Shown: positions 28,901 through 38,463 of the stretch, one piece after another
Numbering within the stretch: the first letter of the stretch is position 1
Layout of the letters: the number at the start of each line of letters is the position of its first letter
Assembly: GCA_009777235.1 (NCBI GenBank)
Contig: WRMH01000011.1
Location: 2,171-66,170 of the forward strand
DNA length: 64,000 bases
Direction of reading: 5' to 3'
Source: Oscillospiraceae bacterium
GTDB taxonomy: Bacteria > Bacillota > Clostridia > Oscillospirales > Oscillospiraceae
Position numbers and translations under genes: made by a program
The notes under the pieces: generated by a model
The model's input: the letters and a program-made list of their open reading frames with translations, nothing else
Databases searched by the model: none
What the model was told of the DNA's origin: nothing

Positions 28901-29992
28901 TTTATCAAACGGCCATTTCGGGAATTTCACCACGACATAATCAAGCACCGGCTCTGCGGATGCTCCTGTTTTTGTCCCGGTTGTCTCGCCATCAATCTCG
29001 TCAAGGGCGTATCCTATCGCGACTTTTGTGGCGACCTTTGCTATCGGATAGCCCGTGGCCTTGCTCGCAAGAGCCGACGAGCGCGATACACGCGGGTTGA
29101 CTTCAATCACCATATAGTCGGAGCTGTACGGGTCGGCGGCAAATTGCACATTGCATCCGCCCTCGACGCCAAGCGAGCATACAATATCCAAAGCCGCTTT
29201 GCGCAGCATTTGATAATCATTGTCCGATAATGTCACTGCCGGGGCTATGACTATGCTGTCTCCCGTGTGGACGCCGACAGGGTCAATGTTTTCCATGCTG
29301 CAAACGGCTATCGCGTTGTTTTTGGCGTCGCGCATGACCTCAAACTCGATTTCTTTCCATCCCGCCACCGATCTTTCAACGAGTATCTGCCCGATTGGGG
29401 ACATTCTGATACCGTTTGCCGCTATTTCGTCAAGCTCATCACTGTTTTGCACCATTCCGCCGCCCGTGCCGCCGAGTGTGAAAGCCGGCCTGATGATGAG
29501 CGGGAATCCGAGTTTTTTCGCAAAATCACGCGCATCCTCAAGCGTTGTCACGACCTTTGACGGTATGATGGGCTGACCGATTTCAACCATCGCGTCCTTA
29601 AACAGCTGCCTGTCCTCGGCCTTGTCTATCGTTTCGGGGTTAGCGCCAAGAAGCCTGACGCCGTGTTCTTTCAAAAAACCGGACTTTGCAAGCTGCATCG
29701 AGAGCGTAAGCCCCGTCTGACCGCCAAGCGTCGAGAGCAGGCTGTCGGGCTTTTCCTTTATGATTATCCGCTCGAGCACCGGTATTGTCAGCGGCTCTAT
29801 GTAAATCTTATCCGCTATTTGATTATCGGTCATTATTGTTGCCGGGTTTGAGTTTACCAGCACGATTTCGATACCTTCCTCGCGCAGTGCGCGGCAGGCT
29901 TGCGTCCCCGCGTAGTCAAATTCCGCGGCCTGCCCGATTACGATTGGGCCTGAGCCGATGACTAATACTTTCTTTATTTGATTATCTCTCAC
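25928..29992 (-). CDS. carB: carbamoyl-phosphate synthase large subunit fused in frame to diaminopimelate epimerase
   Basis: 1354-aa uninterrupted ORF with a GTG start and AAGGAG SD. Residues 1 to ~1070 are CarB (two ATP-grasp halves, MGS-like end). Residues ~1078-1354 are DapF (KFTKIQTCGNDYIYF, NPDGTEGGVCGNALRC, LGNPYCVVF, ERGSGETLSCGTGACAAA). No stop at the junction ...NINDMRPSKRELKFTK. Confidence 0.9.
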   Translation of the reverse strand: MRDNQIKKVLVIGSGPIVIGQAAEFDYAGTQACRALREEGIEIVLVNSNPATIMTDNQIADKIYIEPLTIPVLERIIIKEKPDSLLSTLGGQTGLTLSMQLAKSGFLKEHGVRLLGANPETIDKAEDRQLFKDAMVEIGQPIIPSKVVTTLEDARDFAKKLGFPLIIRPAFTLGGTGGGMVQNSDELDEIAANGIRMSPIGQILVERSVAGWKEIEFEVMRDAKNNAIAVCSMENIDPVGVHTGDSIVIAPAVTLSDNDYQMLRKAALDIVCSLGVEGGCNVQFAADPYSSDYMVIEVNPRVSRSSALASKATGYPIAKVATKVAIGYALDEIDGETTGTKTGASAEPVLDYVVVKFPKWPFDKFVYAKRTLGTQMKATGEVMAIGKSFEEAMMKAVRGAEIGKDSFIDKICKSQGTDKIRERLHDITDERIFVVYEALYRKIPIDEIYDITKIDKWFLGKLNNLVNMERELRAYEKSANPLDDALYLEAKRMGWPDAVIERLSGKKILNPRYPVFKMVGTRASSSASDTANAAPDCAYYYSSYEGENEAVQSGSKQTIIVFGSGPIRIGQGIEFDYASVHCVWALRAAGYNVIMVNNNPETVSTDFDTADRLYFEPLTNEDAHSIIENEKPYAAVVAFGGQTAIKLTGYLNKIGVKILGTQPDSIDAAEDRERFDALLEKLNIQRPKGGTVMTKEDAVLTAQKLGYPVLMRPSYVLGGQNMIIAFSEDDIREYMDIILRQSLENPILIDKYLPGTELEVDAICDGSDILIPGIMEHIEIAGVHSGDSIAVYPAWNVDDYMAGKILDHTKKLASQLGIIGIVNIQYLLSEGELFVIEVNPRSSRTVPYISKVTGVPMIDLATRCMLGEKLAGMGYGTDIFRQSPYVAVKVPVFSFEKLSNVDTQLGPEMKSTGEVLGIASTREESLYKGMRAAGYKMKKTGGIFISVRDRDKAQILHVAHKFAKLGFEIYATGGTAAVLSRVGLNTVSVGKIHESENNILPLIESGKISYVISTSAKGRDPDRDSVKIRRKAVERSVPCLTSIDTANAVADCLMSKYWDTTIELVNINDMRPSKRELKFTKIQTCGNDYIYFNCMGYNVITDPESLSIKLSDRHLGVGGDGIVLIESSKRADAKVRVYNPDGTEGGVCGNALRCVCKFLYDEGSVYKPEVLVEMCGIIITMRAATIGGKVSTVTTDMGEVVFDPAKIPVNLDTEKIIGKNVHIAGGEHEITCLSLGNPYCVVFCDDVHTLDLEEIGPKFENAPIFPERVNTMFTLVLDENTLLVRVWERGSGETLSCGTGACAAAIAACENGHCKRDTDITVKLPGGDLIIRYDGSRVFMTGSATKTYAGTVEV

Positions 29993-30023
29993 TTATGCTT
30001 CTCCTTACTTAATCCTCTATCTT

Positions 30024-30299
30024 CTATCTAAACCAGACGTAAATGCAAAACAAGATAAACGCGAGAAATGTGCCGAGAAAAACGGCCAAAACAAGAGACA
30101 CGGCCTTCAAAACCCCAAAAGTAAACGCGATATTCTCGCGCAAAGTAAGTTTTTCCTGTTTTTCCTGTATGAGCTGTGACGGCATAGTCTGCGCTGATAA
30201 ACCGCTTTTTTCACTATGCCACGGCATACCCGATATGTTCATGGGCGCTATAACTCTGCCGTCATCGTCATCATATATTTTTCGCTTGCCTCGTGCCAT
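30024..30299 (-). CDS. small hypothetical membrane protein
   Basis: 91 aa with a C-terminal TM (AVSLVLAVFLGTFLAFILFCIYVWF). Last gene of the ABC operon block. Confidence 0.5.
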   Translation of the reverse strand: MARGKRKIYDDDDGRVIAPMNISGMPWHSEKSGLSAQTMPSQLIQEKQEKLTLRENIAFTFGVLKAVSLVLAVFLGTFLAFILFCIYVWFR

Positions 30300-30346
30300 T
30301 TGCCTCCTGCGCGCTTTTTGTTCTCGCGTTTTTGCCTTTTAAATTC

Positions 30347-31399
30347 TCAGCTTACTTTCGCGGCTGCCTCCGCCTTTGCCTCTTTTGCCGCAAGCTCCGC
30401 CCGCGCCCCGCGCTCGGCGTCATTGTACAAATGACACGCGCAAAAATGCTCGGAAGTAACCTCTGCAAACTCCGGCGTCGCAAGAGAGCAGATTTCCATA
30501 CACTCGCTGCAGCGCGTGTGGAACTTGCATCCTTTTGGCGGGTTTGCCGGGGACGGTATGCTGCCTTCCAATATTATCCTGTTCATTTTTATATCGGGAT
30601 CAGGATACGGAATCGCGGAAAACAATGCTTTTGTATATGGATTGAGCGGATTTTCGAATAACTCCCTCGCGTCGGCATGTTCAACGAGAGTGCCAAGATA
30701 CATGACGCCGACCGTATCAGAGATGTGTTCGACAACAGACAGGTCATGCGATATAAACATAAAGGTCAAACCAAAATCCTCTTGAAGCTGTTTGAGCAGA
30801 TTGATTATCTGAGCCTGAATGGAGACGTCGAGAGCCGAAACCGGCTCGTCGCATATAATAAAATCGGGATTTAACGCCAAAGCCCGGGCAATGCAAATCC
30901 TCTGCCTTTGACCGCCGGAAAACTCGTGCGGATAGCGGTCTTTGTGATATTCCTGCAATCCGCAGGCTTTCATTACCAGCGTAAGATAGTCGTCAAAATC
31001 ACTGTTTGGCACTATGGAGTGTTCGCGGACGGCCTCTCCGATAATCTCACCGACCGGAATACGGGGGGAAAGACTCGAATACGGGTCTTGAAAAATAATC
31101 TGCATCCGCGGACGCATTTTTCTAAGCTCTTCGCGTGAGAGCGCAAACACGTCTTGCCCGTCAAAGGTAAACTCTCCGCCGGTCCGATCCATTAGTCTGA
31201 GCATTGTCCTTCCGGCAGTAGACTTGCCGCACCCCGACTCGCCGACAAGACCCATTGTCTGACCGCGCTTTATCTTAAAAGATATGCCGTCAACAGCCTT
31301 GACGTTGGCTATCGTGCGCATGAGAAAGCTCGAACGTATGGGAAACCATTTTACGAGATTGTTTACTTCAACTAAATAATCGTTTGTCTGACCGCTCAT
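30347..31399 (-). CDS. oligopeptide/dipeptide-type ABC transporter ATP-binding protein (OppF-like)
   Basis: GESGCGKST Walker A, FSGGQRQR signature, ICDEPVSALD Walker B, C-terminal Cys cluster CKFHTRCSECMEIC. Confidence 0.9.
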   Translation of the reverse strand: MSGQTNDYLVEVNNLVKWFPIRSSFLMRTIANVKAVDGISFKIKRGQTMGLVGESGCGKSTAGRTMLRLMDRTGGEFTFDGQDVFALSREELRKMRPRMQIIFQDPYSSLSPRIPVGEIIGEAVREHSIVPNSDFDDYLTLVMKACGLQEYHKDRYPHEFSGGQRQRICIARALALNPDFIICDEPVSALDVSIQAQIINLLKQLQEDFGLTFMFISHDLSVVEHISDTVGVMYLGTLVEHADARELFENPLNPYTKALFSAIPYPDPDIKMNRIILEGSIPSPANPPKGCKFHTRCSECMEICSLATPEFAEVTSEHFCACHLYNDAERGARAELAAKEAKAEAAAKVS

Positions 31400-32598
31400 T
31401 TTGACCGCCTCCTTTCCAGAAGCGATTGCAAATTCATTGTTTTGGGATACCTCAAAGGCTCGCCGTCATTTTTACATCTCCAACATGCCGCGCTGTGCTC
31501 TCCGCTAATGCGAAACTCGGGAGGATAATCGCCGTCACATTCGGGTATGCGCATTTCGCATCTGTCGCGAAAATAGCAGTAGTTTGGCATGTCAACCGGG
31601 TTTGGCACGCTGCCCGGTATGTTGTATAGCTTAATGGATTTGCCGCCTATGCGCGGCTTTGACTTCATAAGCCCGATAGTATAAGGATGTGTGGGATTGT
31701 GGAAAACATCGCTTGTCGTGCCTTTTTCTATCACGCGCCCCGCGTACATGACGACAACTATATCCGCCATGCCCGCTATGACCCCGAGGTCATGCGTTAT
31801 GAGCATGATCGAGCTGTTTATCTTATCTTTAAGGCTAAGGAGCAAGTCCAATATCTGCGCCTGAATCGTGACATCAAGAGCCGTCGTAGGTTCATCGGCA
31901 ATGATGAGTTCGGGATTGCAGGCAAGCGCCATCGCGATCATAACGCGCTGCCGCATACCGCCCGAAAGCTCGTGCGGATACATTCTATAAACAACGGCGC
32001 TGTCCGCTATGCCGACAAGATCAAGCATTTCTATTGAGCGCCGGCGGATATCGTCGGGCAGCATATCCGGGTTGTGCAAGGCGATAACCTCATCTATTTG
32101 CGCGCCGCAGCGAAACACGGGGTTTAGGCTCGTCATCGGCTCTTGGAAGATCATTGATATTTTGTTGCCGCGAATACGCATCATCTCGCTGTTTGGAATG
32201 TTGACTATATTGCACGCTTTTCCGCCGCCCATATTGAACCGTATCTCACCGCCGGTGATTTGTCCCTGCGGGCGTTGGAGAAGCTGCATGACAGATAAGC
32301 TCGTGACGCTTTTACCGCATCCCGACTCGCCGACGACTCCCACGACCTTACATTTCGGGACTTCAAAGCTCACCCCATCCACAGCCTTTACGACGCCGAT
32401 GTCCGTAAAGAAGTAAGCGCATAAATCCTCAATCTCAAGGACATTGCCGTCATCTTTCATAACAGCCGCAAACTTGCTCGGATCGGCGTTTTTGACGCGC
32501 CGCTCGCTTTCAAACCTGTTTGTAACCTTTCGGTTATACCGCGATATTTTTTTTGCTTCGCGCCATGTCAAATAGGACGCGTTTTTTTCACCTGCCAT
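31396..32598 (-). CDS. oligopeptide/dipeptide-type ABC transporter ATP-binding protein (OppD-like)
   Basis: [27 protein letters not shown]-terminal [14 protein letters not shown]. An internal start at MKDDGN is possible. Confidence 0.9.
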   Translation of the reverse strand: MAGEKNASYLTWREAKKISRYNRKVTNRFESERRVKNADPSKFAAVMKDDGNVLEIEDLCAYFFTDIGVVKAVDGVSFEVPKCKVVGVVGESGCGKSVTSLSVMQLLQRPQGQITGGEIRFNMGGGKACNIVNIPNSEMMRIRGNKISMIFQEPMTSLNPVFRCGAQIDEVIALHNPDMLPDDIRRRSIEMLDLVGIADSAVVYRMYPHELSGGMRQRVMIAMALACNPELIIADEPTTALDVTIQAQILDLLLSLKDKINSSIMLITHDLGVIAGMADIVVVMYAGRVIEKGTTSDVFHNPTHPYTIGLMKSKPRIGGKSIKLYNIPGSVPNPVDMPNYCYFRDRCEMRIPECDGDYPPEFRISGEHSAACWRCKNDGEPLRYPKTMNLQSLLERRRSK

Positions 32599-32601
32599 AG
32601 C

Positions 32602-34707
32602 CTACCTCTTCATCTTTGGGTCAAAGGCATCGCGCAGACCGTCGCCGACGAAATTAAACGCGATGACGGTAAGGCAAATCAAGAACCCTACCGGAACCCA
32701 AATATATGTAAACCTGATTATCGCTTCCGATGAACCTGTGACAGAGTTTATCATCGTGCCCCACGTCGCCAGCGGATGCCTGACCCCAAGTCCCAGAAAT
32801 GACAGCGTAGATTCGTAAATGATCACGGACCCTACTCCCATTGTCGCCGTAACTATAAGCTGCGGCGTCACATTTGGTATGAGATGGCGGAATATGCGCT
32901 TGCGGACTTTCGTGCCCGTCGCTTCCTGCGCGTGCATAAATTCCTGCTCGCGCAACGAAAGTATCTGACCTCTCACAAGCCTTGCGATGGGGGCCCAGCC
33001 CAATATTCCCAAAGCCACCATCATCCACATAAGACGCTGGTATGGGTCCATCTTTAGTTTATCAAACATCGCCCCCATTATTATAAGTATGGGATAGCCC
33101 GGTATGCAGTAAAAAATATCCACCACGCGCATTAGGAGGGTATCTACCCATTTGCCGAAAAATCCCGAAACGCCTCCGATTATGACGCCGATGATAATCT
33201 CTAAAAACACCACGATAAACCCGACCATGAGCGATATTCTGCCGCCGTACATCATACGCGCCAGTATATCCATTCCGTCGCCGTCGGTGCCAAACCAATT
33301 TTGCTCTGAGGGCGGCGCGTACATGTCCATAAGATAGGTTATCTGCTCACAGCGCAAGACATATTCTCCCGTTACTCTGGTCGCTATTTTAAACTCCGTG
33401 TCTTCAAAGACCGGATCGCCAAGCTCGTCAAATACAAATTCTCCGTCGGCGTTGATCATTTGGACCGGATATATAAATGTATCTATTTGCCCATTGGTCG
33501 CGAGCATCATTTCGATGGCATCTTGCGCCGTATCTTTAAATCCCACTGGCAGCGTGTCCTGTCCCGAATAGCGTCTGATTGCGTAGCTGCCGAGAGCCGC
33601 GACATCATTGCCAAGGCTGTCCGCGATAAACAAATCTCCGTTTTGCTCATATATCTCATAACTATTGCCATCGGCTGTAAATGTACCGCTTTCGTATATC
33701 GCAGCGACGGCATTTGTGCGAAACTCTTCGGAAAGCGTCACAGACGTATCGTATGAGTTAAAAACAAAGCTCGAAGCGATAAGGATACCTATGTCTTCAC
33801 CTTGCTCGATGATATTATATATGCCTTTGCCCGCGCCTTTTATCTCGTAAGCTTTGCCTTCATACTCAAACTCACCGGCATCCAAGTTGTTTTCTACGGC
33901 GGATCGGAAATCGCCGCCCGGCGCCCTGTCGGAATATTTCATGGCCGTGCCGAGGAGCGTGACTGTATAGCGCATCCTGACTCTTGTTATCTCGTACTCG
34001 GAGCCGTCATATTCAAATGCTTCTCCGATGATGCCGGAAGCGATCATCTCACCCACATAGGCTTTGAAATCTTCGCCAAAATCCTCGCTGCTATACGTAA
34101 ATGAACTGAGCGTTCCGTCGGTGCTTGCAATTTCGGCGTCAATAAAATATGTGCCCACCGGGTTCATATCATGAGTGAAAAATTCATACACCCCTTCTCC
34201 GTGCTTTCTTATCGTGTATTCTATGCCGTCTTGCGCAGTCACCGCATATTCATCCGCCCCGGCTGCTTTCATATCCGTTATGTACGAGTTGAAGCGGTTG
34301 AGGACATTAAAGGTTATGTCGGGCGCGCCCGGCAGCGGATATAGCGTGTAGTCACTTTTTTCGGTGGCGCTGGCATAATCAATGAGGAGTGAATCAAATT
34401 TATAAAATATTTGCGTTTGATAGTACGGATAAAATATCGGCCCCAGAAACGCGAAAACAAACATAAATATAAGCAGGCATAGCCCGACAAGAGCCAGCTT
34501 GTTGCGAAAGAACCGCTTCACCACAAGCCTGCCGGGTGAAAGTATTTTGGTGCGCTGCGTATCGTCAAGCGCAAGAGGCTCATCGCCCGCTTTTTCGCCG
34601 CTATGATCTATGGCGTCTTTTGACGCTTTTTCTTTCAAGGCTTGAAAGAGGGTGTTGCCTTTTGAGGTATTTCTTTTTCTATCCATATTTTCGTCGCTTT
34701 TTCTCAT
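32602..34707 (-). CDS. ABC transporter permease (OppC-like) with a ~380-aa extracytoplasmic insertion after TM1
   Basis: 701 aa. TM1 at LALVGLCLLIFMFVFAFLGPIF. A long soluble segment follows. A canonical BPD_transp_1 core is in the last ~230 aa (EAA-like LREQEFMHAQEATG). Confidence 0.85.
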   Translation of the reverse strand: MRKSDENMDRKRNTSKGNTLFQALKEKASKDAIDHSGEKAGDEPLALDDTQRTKILSPGRLVVKRFFRNKLALVGLCLLIFMFVFAFLGPIFYPYYQTQIFYKFDSLLIDYASATEKSDYTLYPLPGAPDITFNVLNRFNSYITDMKAAGADEYAVTAQDGIEYTIRKHGEGVYEFFTHDMNPVGTYFIDAEIASTDGTLSSFTYSSEDFGEDFKAYVGEMIASGIIGEAFEYDGSEYEITRVRMRYTVTLLGTAMKYSDRAPGGDFRSAVENNLDAGEFEYEGKAYEIKGAGKGIYNIIEQGEDIGILIASSFVFNSYDTSVTLSEEFRTNAVAAIYESGTFTADGNSYEIYEQNGDLFIADSLGNDVAALGSYAIRRYSGQDTLPVGFKDTAQDAIEMMLATNGQIDTFIYPVQMINADGEFVFDELGDPVFEDTEFKIATRVTGEYVLRCEQITYLMDMYAPPSEQNWFGTDGDGMDILARMMYGGRISLMVGFIVVFLEIIIGVIIGGVSGFFGKWVDTLLMRVVDIFYCIPGYPILIIMGAMFDKLKMDPYQRLMWMMVALGILGWAPIARLVRGQILSLREQEFMHAQEATGTKVRKRIFRHLIPNVTPQLIVTATMGVGSVIIYESTLSFLGLGVRHPLATWGTMINSVTGSSEAIIRFTYIWVPVGFLICLTVIAFNFVGDGLRDAFDPKMKR

Positions 34708-34719
34708 ATTGACGCCCCC

Positions 34720-35709
34720 TTAGTTTACGCGCACGCGCGGGTCAACGACCGCATAGAGCACATCGGCTATGAGGTTTGCGAGCAGCGTCAGCATCGCTAT
34801 AAACATCAGGTAAAACATTGTAAATGGTATGTCTCCGTTTATCATGGAATAAAACGAAGTGTAGCCGATTCCTCTAATCGCAAAGATCGTTTCGGTAATC
34901 AAAGCTCCCGAAAAGAGCGCCGGAAGAGTGCCGCCGAGTATCGTAATGAGCGGCAAGAGGGTGTTGCGAAACGCGTGGTGGTTTATTACTTTTCTCTCGG
35001 ACAGCCCCTTTGCCCGGGCTGTCCTGATGTAGTCCGAGTTTAGCACCTCGAGCATATTGGTACGCGTGTAGCGCATCAAAGGCCCGATGCTGACGATTGT
35101 CAGCGTCATAGCGGGCAAGACCATATGAGCGCATAAATCCATAAATTTCCCAAAATCGTCCAGTAGCAGATAGTTTCTGCCCTGCATCCCAAACATATCA
35201 AACCAGCCCAAATGGACCGCAAATATCAACTTTAATAAGGTTGCCGTAAAAAATGTGGGTAATGATATTCCTATGAGCGCAATGACCGTAATGGAATAGT
35301 CCGTAGTGCTGTATTGCTTTCGCGCCGCAGTTATGCCGAGCGGTACGGCTATGATGATCTCAAAAATAAACACCGTTGCAGTGAGCGCAAAGCTGTACCA
35401 TATGACCTCTTTAAATTTTGCGGTGACATCTACCGTCCATTGCCAGCTCTCGCCAAAATCACCCTTAAAAGCGCTGCCGAGCCAGATAAAATACCCGCCC
35501 AGTATACCTTGGTCAAATCCGTATTTGGCGTTAAGCTCCGCCAGCCATTCTGCGGATGATTTTAAACTTCCGGGTCTTGCTGAAAGATCATATGCCATTC
35601 TCTCAACATAGCTCATCGGCAGAGAATACATAACTGCATACACCACAAGCATCACAAAAAACAAAATGACGATACCCATCAAAATGCGCTTAGACAGAAA
35701 TTCAATCAT
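34720..35709 (-). CDS. ABC transporter permease (OppB-like)
   Basis: 329 aa. SDYIRTARAKGLSERKVINHHAFRN EAA loop. Confidence 0.9.
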   Translation of the reverse strand: MIEFLSKRILMGIVILFFVMLVVYAVMYSLPMSYVERMAYDLSARPGSLKSSAEWLAELNAKYGFDQGILGGYFIWLGSAFKGDFGESWQWTVDVTAKFKEVIWYSFALTATVFIFEIIIAVPLGITAARKQYSTTDYSITVIALIGISLPTFFTATLLKLIFAVHLGWFDMFGMQGRNYLLLDDFGKFMDLCAHMVLPAMTLTIVSIGPLMRYTRTNMLEVLNSDYIRTARAKGLSERKVINHHAFRNTLLPLITILGGTLPALFSGALITETIFAIRGIGYTSFYSMINGDIPFTMFYLMFIAMLTLLANLIADVLYAVVDPRVRVN

Positions 35710-35787
35710 TGCAGTACTCCCGAAAACGTATGATAATGCGTCAGGAAATTGGGCGCATAGCGCCCAATTTCCTTATAGAGGTTAGTT

Positions 35788-38229
35788 TTAGTTGACTTCG
35801 ATCAACTCGATGTCGTTTCTCCAATCCCAGAAGGTCGTGATGTCGGGTGTGACGGTTTCCATCTTTACGCGCTCCGTTGAGAAGATGAAAGCATTGAGGC
35901 GCTGATAGTTTGGAACTTCAACCGCCCAGTCAATGATGATTTCAAGGCAGCGCTTATAGGTCGCCTTGCGGAAAGCCTGATCTGCGCTGGTGCGGGCTTC
36001 GAGCATGAGTAAGTCAAGCTCGGCATCCTGGATAAAGTAGGAATTAGAGCCGGTTCCGCCGCCGCCCGGCGTGTTTGAGCTGTGATAGATTTGATACATA
36101 TCGGGGTCTATCGCAGCCTGCCACGCGGCCGCCCAAGTCTCGAGGCCTCCGTTATTTAGATAGCCTTCCAGTATAGACCATGCGACATCCTGTACGTCGA
36201 GCGTGATACCGATAGTGGCAAGCGCGTCGCTTGCCGCAACGCCGACACCGTATGCCGGGTGGTCGCCCACGCCGTCGGCGCCGATCATGTAGCTATACAC
36301 GAGAGACGCGCCTTCGGGGGCTTCCGTAAACATGCCGGATGCTTCATCCCATGTGTAGCCGGCAGCTTTTAAGAACCCTATCGCCGCTTCGAGCGCGGCG
36401 TCGAATTTTTCAGCCTCGGTCATGCCGTCGGTATAGATACTATTGCCGTCAACGTCAACCGAAAACGCTATCATGTAACCGTCGTCGCTCGGACGCGGCG
36501 CGGCCCAAGATGTGTTTGAAATCGGATATTGGATCGTGCTGGCCCTCTCGCCGTAGTATGAGTTATTTACCGTGTCGCGATATACCGAAAATACGGTGGC
36601 AAGTGCTCTGCGAAGATTTTTTGACGCTTCGCTCGACGGCTCTCCGCCCACACTGATAGTGTCGGCGGCAATGCCGATGTAACCGTAGCCGAGGTTATCT
36701 ACGGTCTTTGTGGTAATTATGTTACCCGTCAGCTCCCCGTTTGAGTTATAGTCCAAAATGGAAGCGACCGTTTCATCCGAGAAGCTCGGGTCTGTGAGGT
36801 CAAGGCTTCCCGACACAACACCGGCAAGTTTGTCCGGTCCGGGTGTAAACTGGAATTGGATGTACTTGGTTTTGGGCTCGCCTTTGTAGTAGTACGGATT
36901 GGCTTCAAAAGATACAACGCCGTTTTGATATGACAGGAACTTATACGCTCCGGCGCCCATCGGCACGGTCGTTTTTTCTCTGACTATTGTGAGATCGCCC
37001 TTTGTGAATCCAAACATATTATTGTCATAATCGTAAAGGCTCACGTCGCCGTAGTAATGGAGCGGAGCAACCTCTATGTCGAGCCGATATATCGTCGTAG
37101 CATCAAAGCTTTCGGTTGTAACTCTAAGGCTGTAGTCGCCGGTCTTCTGCAAGCCCTCTATGTGCATGACAGCGCCGCCCGCGTCCGGGTCTTTGGGGCC
37201 TTCTGACATTACAAACCTTGTGATGACGAGTTCTTCAATGTCGGCATTGGCGGCTTCATATCCGATGCCCGAGTCGCTCAAATCATAGCCGTATAACTCG
37301 ACGATTTCATTCCAATAATCATCGGAGGTCGGGAACTCTCCCGCCGCCATATCGTATTCGGTTTCCGTGATATATGTGATGAACGTATCACCGTCAGGCT
37401 CACCAAAGCCCCACATCATCATACCGAAGGCGACATCGTTAGAGTAAACTGCTTCATACTCCTCGGAGTAGGTTCCCGCATACGGGATGCAATAATCAAT
37501 GATATCCTGCGCGAAAATGCTACCCGCTGCGGCAAAATTGGCCCAAAATGCCTGCGCCAGTTCTTCAGACCAGTTTGAGAAATCATCGTTATCCGGGCCC
37601 GCTTCGAGAATAGCGTAAGCCAAATCGAAATATTTTGCATATGTATCGGATGAAACCCCTGTGCGGAACTCGTTCATACCTATAATAGGCGCTGAATAGA
37701 ACGTGCTGCTTCCGTCATAATCGGGGTCAGCCTTGACATAGAAGTTGAAAATAACGTCGTCTATCGTGAGAGCCACGCCATCCGAAAATACAAGGTCGTC
37801 GCGAATCGTAACGTCATAGTCCACCGTGCCGTCAGCGTTTTGCGTAATGTTAAAGTCGGCAATGCCTCTGTAGAAGTAGTCAGTGCCATTGTAATTTCTC
37901 GTTTCTCCGTTAATGGCGTTGAATACTATGTCGCCGACACGATCGGTTGTGAGCAAAAGCACTTGTGTCATTTCTGATACGTCGCGGTCGTAAGCCGACG
38001 TCGCAAAAAACGGACTGAATCTTTCGCTAAACTCTGTGTAGCCGACCATCAAGGTCTTTGCTTCTCCGGGCACGGCAGGCGTCTGTACGTCTCCCGGCGT
38101 CGGTGTGCTGTCAACTCCCGGCGTGGGCGTGGCGTCTTCAACAACGCCGTCGCCGCAAGCCGCGACGAATCCCAACACCATTACAAGTGAGAGTAGCAAG
38201 CACAGGATTTTGCTGATTTTGCTTTTCAT
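35788..38229 (-). CDS. family-5 ABC substrate-binding lipoprotein, unusually large (813 aa)
   Basis: Lipobox LGFVAAC, then a Thr/Pro-rich linker, then an SBP_bac_5-like body. Confidence 0.85.
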   Translation of the reverse strand: MKSKISKILCLLLSLVMVLGFVAACGDGVVEDATPTPGVDSTPTPGDVQTPAVPGEAKTLMVGYTEFSERFSPFFATSAYDRDVSEMTQVLLLTTDRVGDIVFNAINGETRNYNGTDYFYRGIADFNITQNADGTVDYDVTIRDDLVFSDGVALTIDDVIFNFYVKADPDYDGSSTFYSAPIIGMNEFRTGVSSDTYAKYFDLAYAILEAGPDNDDFSNWSEELAQAFWANFAAAGSIFAQDIIDYCIPYAGTYSEEYEAVYSNDVAFGMMMWGFGEPDGDTFITYITETEYDMAAGEFPTSDDYWNEIVELYGYDLSDSGIGYEAANADIEELVITRFVMSEGPKDPDAGGAVMHIEGLQKTGDYSLRVTTESFDATTIYRLDIEVAPLHYYGDVSLYDYDNNMFGFTKGDLTIVREKTTVPMGAGAYKFLSYQNGVVSFEANPYYYKGEPKTKYIQFQFTPGPDKLAGVVSGSLDLTDPSFSDETVASILDYNSNGELTGNIITTKTVDNLGYGYIGIAADTISVGGEPSSEASKNLRRALATVFSVYRDTVNNSYYGERASTIQYPISNTSWAAPRPSDDGYMIAFSVDVDGNSIYTDGMTEAEKFDAALEAAIGFLKAAGYTWDEASGMFTEAPEGASLVYSYMIGADGVGDHPAYGVGVAASDALATIGITLDVQDVAWSILEGYLNNGGLETWAAAWQAAIDPDMYQIYHSSNTPGGGGTGSNSYFIQDAELDLLMLEARTSADQAFRKATYKRCLEIIIDWAVEVPNYQRLNAFIFSTERVKMETVTPDITTFWDWRNDIELIEVN

Positions 38230-38393
38230 TTTTTTGTTATCCTCCTATTTTTGTTTTTCTTTCATGAACAGCGGGCGTTGTTTTCGCCTGTGTCTGCGAC
38301 ACTTTTTGCTGTCCTCGTTTATTATCCGCACGCTATGCTCCGGGTGCTTCGGGTTGCTCTGCGGATGCAGTTTCCGGGTATAGCATGAAAATA

Positions 38394-38445
38394 ATCGGTT
38401 TTGCGCGGTATCTTGCGGCGAGGCGGTCATATCGGTTTTGCGCGG
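38394..38445 (+). repeat. two 15-nt direct repeats in the ABC operon upstream region
   Basis: ATCGGTTTTGCGCGG at 38394-38408 and 38431-38445. Confidence 0.7.
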
Positions 38446-38463
38446 CGTGGCGCGGTGTTGCGG

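Noticed and set aside
25928-29992. Numerous 60-120-aa antisense or out-of-frame ORFs inside carB-dapF (similarly inside recN, the ABC genes and the histidine kinase)
   Set aside because: They are fully nested in long ORFs with strong family motifs, and have no independent signals.
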